Positions 57,947 through 64,000 of a stretch of 64,000 nt of DNA are shown here, piece after piece. Position numbers and translations under genes: made by a program. The notes below the pieces were generated by a model. It saw nothing but the letters and a program-made list of their open reading frames with translations, had not been told where the DNA came from and did not search any database. This DNA is from Acidobacteriota bacterium (GTDB lineage Bacteria; Acidobacteriota; UBA6911; RPQK01; JADFOI01): positions 1,856,001-1,920,000 of the forward strand of contig OY760074.1 in NCBI GenBank assembly GCA_963663035.1. The letters are read 5' to 3'. The stretch's first letter is position 1; each line of letters opens with the position of its first letter.

Positions 57947-60047
57947 ACCTCGGCGTTGCCTCCGGCAGGCCGCCATCCACCGGGAGGGTGGCTCCCGTGG
58001 TGGGCGTTTGGCGAGTACAGAAAAACAGGGCGGCTTTGGCCACGTGGGTTGCCGTAATCCTGGCTTTCAAGAGATTTCGGCTCCTGTAATACTCTTCCAG
58101 TCCCTTCTCATCCAGTCCCCGGCTGCGCATGCGGTCCGGTCCCACTTCCGCCCACAGGCCCGACTTGCGCTCCCCTTCCGAGAACACCGCGTCGGGCGAG
58201 ACCATATTCACTCTGACATCAATTTCCGCCAATTCCAGGCTGGCGATTCGGGCCAGTTGGTGAGCTGCAGCTTTGGTGGCGCTGTAAGCCCCGAATTGGG
58301 CCCCCGGCGCAAAGACGTTCTTACTGGAAATCACCACCACGTCCCCTCCTGTTCCCTGGACTTTAAAATGCCGTCCCGCCTCGGCCAGCATCAGAAGTGT
58401 CCCTTCAACGTTGACCTGTGCCACTTTGCGAAAGGCTTCCAGGTCCATCTCGCTCAATGAGGTCACCAGTGCCAGTCCAGCGTTCACCAGGACCAGATCC
58501 ACTCCTCCCCAGGCTGAGATGATGGTGGCAAATCCTTCGGCTATCGAGTTTGGGTCGGTGACGTCAAGAGGCACCCCTAAAACCCTCTTGCCGAACTCGG
58601 ATTGCAGCTCCGCCACCAGACTGTCGAGCCGTTTGCCGGGCAGGTCGGTGACGGCCACATGGCAGCCCTGTTCCAGAAAGACTCGGCAGATACCGGAACC
58701 GATGGCGCCTGCCGCTCCCGTCACCACGGCCACCTGACGGCTCAAAGGAAGCTCCCTGCCTTCCAGCTTGGTGTGCTGAAGGGTGTGATACTCCATGGCG
58801 TAAAACTCGCCCTCGCTCAAACTCTGGTAACTTCCCATGGCCCCGATCCTGGCCTTAACCTCTAGAGTCTGAGCCGTGATATCGCGACAGATGTCGGCGG
58901 AGGAGACATCCTTGCCGGCACAGGCAGCACCCATGCCCGGCAGCAGAATCACTCGGGGAGCGGAATCAAAAGGAGTCAAACCGGCATCCGCCTGTCCGGA
59001 ATTTCGATCCAGATAGTCTTGGTAGGAAGTTCGATACTCCTGGATCGCGCTGCCCATCTGCTCCTGCAACTGGGAGGGGTCATCGTAGGAAGGTGAATCC
59101 ACCCACAGAGGAAAGGGTTTCGTTCGGATCAGATGATCGGAGGTCAGCGGCGGGGTGAGAGCCAGTTCCCTGCCCCGGTCAGAATCCACAAAGTCCAGAA
59201 TCTCCCGGCTGATCAAGGGCCTCAAAATCATGCGCCGGTAGGGTTGATCCCCATCGGTGGGTTCGGCCACCAGACCCCGCAGGAGGGGCGCCACCTGGAT
59301 CCACCTGGCTTGGGCCGTTTCAAGCGGTGTGGAGACGGTCACTTTCAAAGGGTTACTTGCCTTCTGGGCCAGATATTCTTCAGCCTTGCTCACAAGCTCG
59401 ATCGTCGTCTGGTAAGACTCCTGAGCCGTTTCCCCCCAGCTGAGCAGTCCATGCCGCATCCAGACCTGGGCTCGGCTTGTGGGATGGGCTTCGATGGCCT
59501 CAACGGCAGCCTTGGCCAACTGGAACCCGGGCTTCACGTAATCCAGGACGATGACGTCCTCTCCCAGGGCTTCTTCCACGAGCTTCCGGCCTTCCGGCTG
59601 GTTGGTGAGAGCCAGAATGGCCTCCGCATGTGTGTGATCCAGAAATTTCCTGTCAATAAAGGCATGGACCAGCGTTTCGATGGAGGGAGTGGGAGACTGG
59701 AAATCAAAAAGATGGGTCCGGATTTCTCCGACCATGGCCTGGTCCGAGAGCTTGGTCAGCGCTTGCAGGCGCTTGAGATATTCCAGATCCAGAGCAGGAT
59801 GACCCTCAGGCTCTATTGCAGAGAGATCGTGTCCGGAGGCCTTGACGAAAATGGCTGCCAGGTCCTCCCCCAGGAGGTTGGTGTGGCTGCCTTTGACCGA
59901 GGTATTGCCTCCGCCATGCAGAACCAGGCTTTTCTCAACTCCCAGGAGCCTGGACGAGTAGGTGCGAAGGGCCAGATCTTCTCCCCACTGGGCCCCATAT
60001 CGCGAAAGAAACTCAGTCGCCTGCTCATCGGACCAGCTGCTTTTCAT
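57945..60047 (-). CDS. Bifunctional class II aldolase/short-chain dehydrogenase (RhaD-SDR fusion family)
   Basis: GGGNTSVK, KASG, PSIETLVH, DHTH; SDR TGAAGAIG, NAG, YSATK. Confidence 0.92.
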   Translation of the reverse strand: MKSSWSDEQATEFLSRYGAQWGEDLALRTYSSRLLGVEKSLVLHGGGNTSVKGSHTNLLGEDLAAIFVKASGHDLSAIEPEGHPALDLEYLKRLQALTKLSDQAMVGEIRTHLFDFQSPTPSIETLVHAFIDRKFLDHTHAEAILALTNQPEGRKLVEEALGEDVIVLDYVKPGFQLAKAAVEAIEAHPTSRAQVWMRHGLLSWGETAQESYQTTIELVSKAEEYLAQKASNPLKVTVSTPLETAQARWIQVAPLLRGLVAEPTDGDQPYRRMILRPLISREILDFVDSDRGRELALTPPLTSDHLIRTKPFPLWVDSPSYDDPSQLQEQMGSAIQEYRTSYQDYLDRNSGQADAGLTPFDSAPRVILLPGMGAACAGKDVSSADICRDITAQTLEVKARIGAMGSYQSLSEGEFYAMEYHTLQHTKLEGRELPLSRQVAVVTGAAGAIGSGICRVFLEQGCHVAVTDLPGKRLDSLVAELQSEFGKRVLGVPLDVTDPNSIAEGFATIISAWGGVDLVLVNAGLALVTSLSEMDLEAFRKVAQVNVEGTLLMLAEAGRHFKVQGTGGDVVVISSKNVFAPGAQFGAYSATKAAAHQLARIASLELAEIDVRVNMVSPDAVFSEGERKSGLWAEVGPDRMRSRGLDEKGLEEYYRSRNLLKARITATHVAKAALFFCTRQTPTTGATLPVDGGLPEATPR

Positions 60048-60079
60048 GGAACTGTTTTTTCCGTTATTCCGGTTCTATC

Positions 60080-60805
60080 CTACGCGGATCGTAAGCTGGA
60101 AAGCATGAAATCCGCATTCTCAACAGGATTCTTCCCATCGAAAACCGCACTTCCCGTCACCACAATATCCACCCCTGTTGCGGCAAAATCAGCGATGTTT
60201 TCCTTTTTGATACCGCCATCGACACAGAGCAAAATGGCCCTCTCGACCTCTGCGATCATCCCCTGCACTTCTTCGATTTTAGAGAAGGTGGAAGGTATGA
60301 AGGTCTGTCCGCCCCAGCCCGGGTTGATGCCCACCAGCATGATCAGCTCCACCTCATCGAGTAAGGGTTTCAGCACGGCCAGCGGGGTGCCAGGATTAAT
60401 CGCCACCCCTCGCACCAAACCTCTGGCTGGATCATTGGCATTGCTCATCTCCCCTAACTTCTGAAAGACCCGGTGGATGTGCGAGCCGGATTCAGCATGG
60501 ACCGTGATGACATCCGCCCCGGCCGCCACGTAAGCATCCACCTTCTCCAGCGGATCCTGAATCATCAAATGGACATCTTTCAGCAACGGGGTTTTGATGG
60601 CCTTGATGAAGGGAGGACCCACCGTCATCATGGGCGAGAAGCACCCGTCCATGACATCCACGTGGAGGAGCTTGACCTCGGTCTGCTCCAGCCGCAACAC
60701 CTCAGACCCCAGGCTCATCAAGTCGGCTGTCAGCACACCCACGCTGATGGTGGGGGAGAGCTGGCGCAGAAGCTCAAGGCTCGTGGCTCCTGGGCTGCTA
60801 GCCAC
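60080..60805 (-). CDS. Ribulose-phosphate 3-epimerase family protein
   Basis: HVDVMDG, DVHLM, NPGWGGQ, VDGG; divergent N-terminus (ISVGVL). Confidence 0.88.
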   Translation of the reverse strand: MASSPGATSLELLRQLSPTISVGVLTADLMSLGSEVLRLEQTEVKLLHVDVMDGCFSPMMTVGPPFIKAIKTPLLKDVHLMIQDPLEKVDAYVAAGADVITVHAESGSHIHRVFQKLGEMSNANDPARGLVRGVAINPGTPLAVLKPLLDEVELIMLVGINPGWGGQTFIPSTFSKIEEVQGMIAEVERAILLCVDGGIKKENIADFAATGVDIVVTGSAVFDGKNPVENADFMLSSLRSA

Positions 60806-61707
60806 TAAGCGCCAACTTCCAGCTGCGTCTCTTCCTCCTTCAAGCTCTGGTACAGCTCATAGGCCTGCTGAGGCTTCATCTGCTTGTGCACGACCGCTCC
60901 CACAGCCTGGATCATGGCCACCGGCGTGTCAGACTGGAAGATGTTTCTTCCCATATCCACCCCGGCTGCTCCCTGATCCACGGCATTGAAGGCCATGGTC
61001 AGCGCCTCCAGTTCACCTAACTTCTTACCGCCGGCCATGACGATAGGAACGGGACAGCATGAGGTGACGGTTTCAAAACCATCCGGAACATAGTAGGTCT
61101 TGACGAAGTGAGCGCCCAGCTCGGCGCACATTCTGCAGGCCAAACGCAGATACTTGGCGTCTCGATTCATGTCCTTCCCCACAGCCGTCACGGCCAGGAC
61201 GGGAAGACCATGCCTGTTTCCCAGATCCACCAGGGTGGTCATGTTGTGAACAGATTGAGTTTCATATTCCCCGCCCACGAAGACCTGGACAGCGATTGCT
61301 GCCACATTCAAGCGAAGGGCATCTTCCACACTCACCGCAATGTGTTCGTTGGAGAGCTCCTTGAGAATGCTGGGACCACCACTTGCTCTGAGCACGACAC
61401 CTCCACGGAAACTGGAAGGAACGGTCGTGCGAAGCATGCCTCGAGTCAGCATCAAGGCATTGCAGGAGGACAGAAGAGGCAGGATCTTGACATCCACCCG
61501 TTCCAGCCCGGTAGTGGGCCCCATGAAATAGCCGTGGTCAATGGCCAGCATCACCGTGCGCCCCGACTCAGGATTGAAGATGCGGGAAAAGCGATTCTGC
61601 ATTCCCCAGCCCAGCGCGTTGGAACCCCGCAGGAAGAAGGGGCTGCTTTCCATGGGAATATCCGGGTAAAAATCTTTCGTTTCCTTAATGTTCTCCATGT
61701 CAGCCAT
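60805..61707 (-). CDS. lsrF: LsrF-type thiolase (class I aldolase fold)
   Basis: [46 protein letters not shown]. Confidence 0.88.
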   Translation of the reverse strand: MADMENIKETKDFYPDIPMESSPFFLRGSNALGWGMQNRFSRIFNPESGRTVMLAIDHGYFMGPTTGLERVDVKILPLLSSCNALMLTRGMLRTTVPSSFRGGVVLRASGGPSILKELSNEHIAVSVEDALRLNVAAIAVQVFVGGEYETQSVHNMTTLVDLGNRHGLPVLAVTAVGKDMNRDAKYLRLACRMCAELGAHFVKTYYVPDGFETVTSCCPVPIVMAGGKKLGELEALTMAFNAVDQGAAGVDMGRNIFQSDTPVAMIQAVGAVVHKQMKPQQAYELYQSLKEEETQLEVGA

Positions 61708-61907
61708 AGCTCATCTCCTTTTTTGCCAAGAAACTTAGCAACTACGGAGGAGGATTTCAAGATCTCCCGGGGACTCAGCCAAAATCTCTCCAAAATAAAT
61801 GGATATCGGCGACGGCCCTTGATGCTAAAATGAGGTGTGGGGAGTTCCACAGTACCGCAGTCGCAAAACATCGTGATCATCGGCGAGGTTTCCGTGGCAT
61901 CCGAAGG

Positions 61908-62150
61908 ATGAAGGCCAAAGTCATTGTTCGCTTAAAGGATGGCGTGCTGGATCCCCAGGGACAGACGATCCAGCGTTCCCTGAACAAAATGGGCCATGAG
62001 GTCACGGGTCTCCGTCAGGGCAAATACTTCGAGATCGAATTCGACGACCTGCAGGACGAAAGCGCCGTTCGCAAGCAGGTCGAGGAAATCGCACAAGACG
62101 TTCTCTGTAATCCCATCATAGAGACCTTCGAAATCGAGGATATCTCGTGA
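61908..62150 (+). CDS. purS: FGAM synthase subunit PurS
   Basis: [21 protein letters not shown]. Confidence 0.95.
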   Translation: MKAKVIVRLKDGVLDPQGQTIQRSLNKMGHEVTGLRQGKYFEIEFDDLQDESAVRKQVEEIAQDVLCNPIIETFEIEDIS

Positions 62151-62839
62151 AGTTCGGAGTTGTCGTCTTTCCGGGTTCAAACTGCGATCACGATACCTAT
62201 CATGTGTTGAAGTCTGTGCTGGGACAGGAGACTGTTTTTTTGTGGCATCAGGATTCTGATCTGCAAGATGTCGACACCGTCATCATTCCAGGCGGCTTTT
62301 CTTACGGAGATTACCTGCGCAGTGGTGCCATTGCCAAGTTCTCTCCTGTTCTGGAGAGTGTGCGCCGGCACGCCCAGGAGGGGAAACTGGTGGTAGGGAT
62401 TTGCAACGGCTTTCAAATCCTGCAGGAGGCGGGACTCCTGCCCGGGGTCATGCTGCGAAATGCCGGCCTGAAGTTCGTGTGCCGACACATCTACCTGCTC
62501 ACTGAAAGCAATCAGACCTTCTTCACAGCCGCTTGCCAGAAGGGACAGGTTTTGAAGATCCCGATTGCCCACAACGACGGAAACTTTTTTATCTCTCCGG
62601 AGGAGTTGGCTGAACTTGAAGAAAACCGACAAATTCTCTTCCGCTACTCCGATGCCCAGGGGAACGTCACCCCGGCGGCAAATCCCAACGGCTCCCTGAA
62701 CAATATCGCTGGAGTGACCAACCGTAGCGGCAATGTTCTGGGCCTGATGCCTCATCCTGAACGCGCCTCAGAGTCTCTGTTAGGCTCACAGGACGGCCGC
62801 TTCATCTTCCAGTCCCTGATCAATGGAGTACAGCACTAA
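62147..62839 (+). CDS. purQ: FGAM synthase glutaminase subunit PurQ
   Basis: [31 protein letters not shown]. Confidence 0.97.
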   Translation: MKFGVVVFPGSNCDHDTYHVLKSVLGQETVFLWHQDSDLQDVDTVIIPGGFSYGDYLRSGAIAKFSPVLESVRRHAQEGKLVVGICNGFQILQEAGLLPGVMLRNAGLKFVCRHIYLLTESNQTFFTAACQKGQVLKIPIAHNDGNFFISPEELAELEENRQILFRYSDAQGNVTPAANPNGSLNNIAGVTNRSGNVLGLMPHPERASESLLGSQDGRFIFQSLINGVQH

Positions 62840-64000
62840 AGTGGAGATGACCCTCGATCTCATCGAAAGCCACGGGCTGACGCCGCAAGAGTACCAGCAA
62901 ATCAAGAAGCGTTTAGGGCGTGAGCCCAATCTCACCGAACTGGGAATCTTCTCCGTGATGTGGTCGGAGCATTGCAGCTACAAGAGCTCGCGCTCCCACC
63001 TGAAAAAGCTTCCCACCGAGGGTCCATCGGTCATTCAAGGTCCGGGTGAAAACGCCGGTGTCATCGATATCGGAGACGGCTCAGCCGCTGTCTTCAAGAT
63101 AGAGTCACACAATCACCCGTCCTTTATCGAGCCCTATGAGGGAGCGGCTACCGGAGTGGGGGGCATCATTCGCGACATTTTTACCATGGGGGCCCGGCCC
63201 ATCGCTCTTCTGAATTCCCTGCATTTTGGACCTTTAGAGGAGGCCAGCAATCAATTGATTCTGGAGGGGGTTGTAGCCGGAATTGCCGGCTACGGCAACT
63301 GCATCGGAATCCCCACCGTGGGCGGAGAGATCCACTTCCAGGAGGCTTACAGTCACAATCCCCTGGTGAATGTCTTCTGCCTGGGCATTGCTCCTGCCGA
63401 TGAGATTTTTCTGGCCAGGGCTTCCGGAAACGGAAATTCCCTCATCTATGTGGGAGCCAAGACAGGACGCGATGGCATTCACGGCGTCACCATGGCTTCA
63501 GAGGAGTTCAGGGAAGACTCTGAGTCCAAGCGGCCCAACGTCCAGGTGGGTGACCCCTTTTTAGAGAAACTTCTTCTGGAAGCCTGTCTGGAAGCTATGC
63601 AGACCGGAGCTGTGGTCGGAATACAGGATATGGGCGGAGCCGGCCTGACCTGTTCCACCTGCGAGATGGGAAGCCGCGGGGAAGCGGGTGTTGCCATCGA
63701 ACTGGCCCGTGTTCCCCAGCGCGAGGAGAAGATGAGTCCTTACGAGATCATGCTTTCAGAATCCCAGGAGAGGATGTTACTCGTCGTCGAAAAGGGACGG
63801 CAGGAAGAGGTTCTTCAACTCTTTCGTAAATGGGATCTGGATGCAGTGGTCATCGGAGAAGTGTGTGAGGGCCGTAACCTGACCGTCTACGAGGACGGGC
63901 ACAAGATCGCGGAGATTCCCAACAGCGCTCTCGATGACGAAGCGCCCGTCTACAACCGCCCGGCTCGAAAACCTCACTATCTTGACCAGCTCCAAGGCTG
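62823..64000 (+). CDS. purL: FGAM synthase subunit PurL (partial, runs off the window)
   Basis: Manual translation: HGLTPQEY...[46 protein letters not shown]. Confidence 0.96.
   Translation, partial: MEYSTKVEMTLDLIESHGLTPQEYQQIKKRLGREPNLTELGIFSVMWSEHCSYKSSRSHLKKLPTEGPSVIQGPGENAGVIDIGDGSAAVFKIESHNHPSFIEPYEGAATGVGGIIRDIFTMGARPIALLNSLHFGPLEEASNQLILEGVVAGIAGYGNCIGIPTVGGEIHFQEAYSHNPLVNVFCLGIAPADEIFLARASGNGNSLIYVGAKTGRDGIHGVTMASEEFREDSESKRPNVQVGDPFLEKLLLEACLEAMQTGAVVGIQDMGGAGLTCSTCEMGSRGEAGVAIELARVPQREEKMSPYEIMLSESQERMLLVVEKGRQEEVLQLFRKWDLDAVVIGEVCEGRNLTVYEDGHKIAEIPNSALDDEAPVYNRPARKPHYLDQLQG

Noticed and set aside
59133-60464. 443-aa plus-strand ORF and other long antisense ORFs
   Set aside because: Shadow frames of well-supported opposite-strand genes with no recognisable motifs
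61710-61907. Purine-related riboswitch upstream of purS
   Set aside because: No recognisable ZTP, PRPP or guanine aptamer motifs by eye

Overview
Bacterial chromosomal window with an Acidobacteriota-like gene complement and pilin style (inference, not a database result). It is mostly dense housekeeping operons on the minus strand: glyQS-recO-mgtE, psd-pssA, ddl, rpsT-holA-lptE-leuS-dcd, mtnP, mce-meaB, trxB, ruvAB, with purSQL on the plus strand. The accessory content includes a Tat-less reductive-dehalogenase-like gene coupled to a CoA ligase, and an FHA-GAF-PP2C gene frameshifted at a GCCT repeat. There is also a tandem duplication of a CBM9/DUF5916 outer-membrane gene whose trxB remnant was internally deleted and then hit by an intact IS1380-family element with a CTAG target duplication, a cNMP-GAF-GAF-PAS adenylate cyclase with an MshEN-like N-terminus, and an lsrF-rpe-aldolase/SDR cluster. 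The most striking non-coding signal is a set of layered intergenic repeat systems. (i) Four ~190-255 bp rod-like palindromic elements, plus a related double-core element, show compensatory base changes; three of them have ends that match the IS1380 inverted repeat, and three sit at stop codons. (ii) A 21-bp GTGG-REP-like palindrome occurs five times, three copies translated within the LptE signal peptide. (iii) AGGAGnn heptamer arrays lie at gene 3' ends. (iv) A perfect 62-bp palindrome has an end motif that brackets an F420-dependent reductase gene. No rRNA, tRNA or CRISPR array was recognised.
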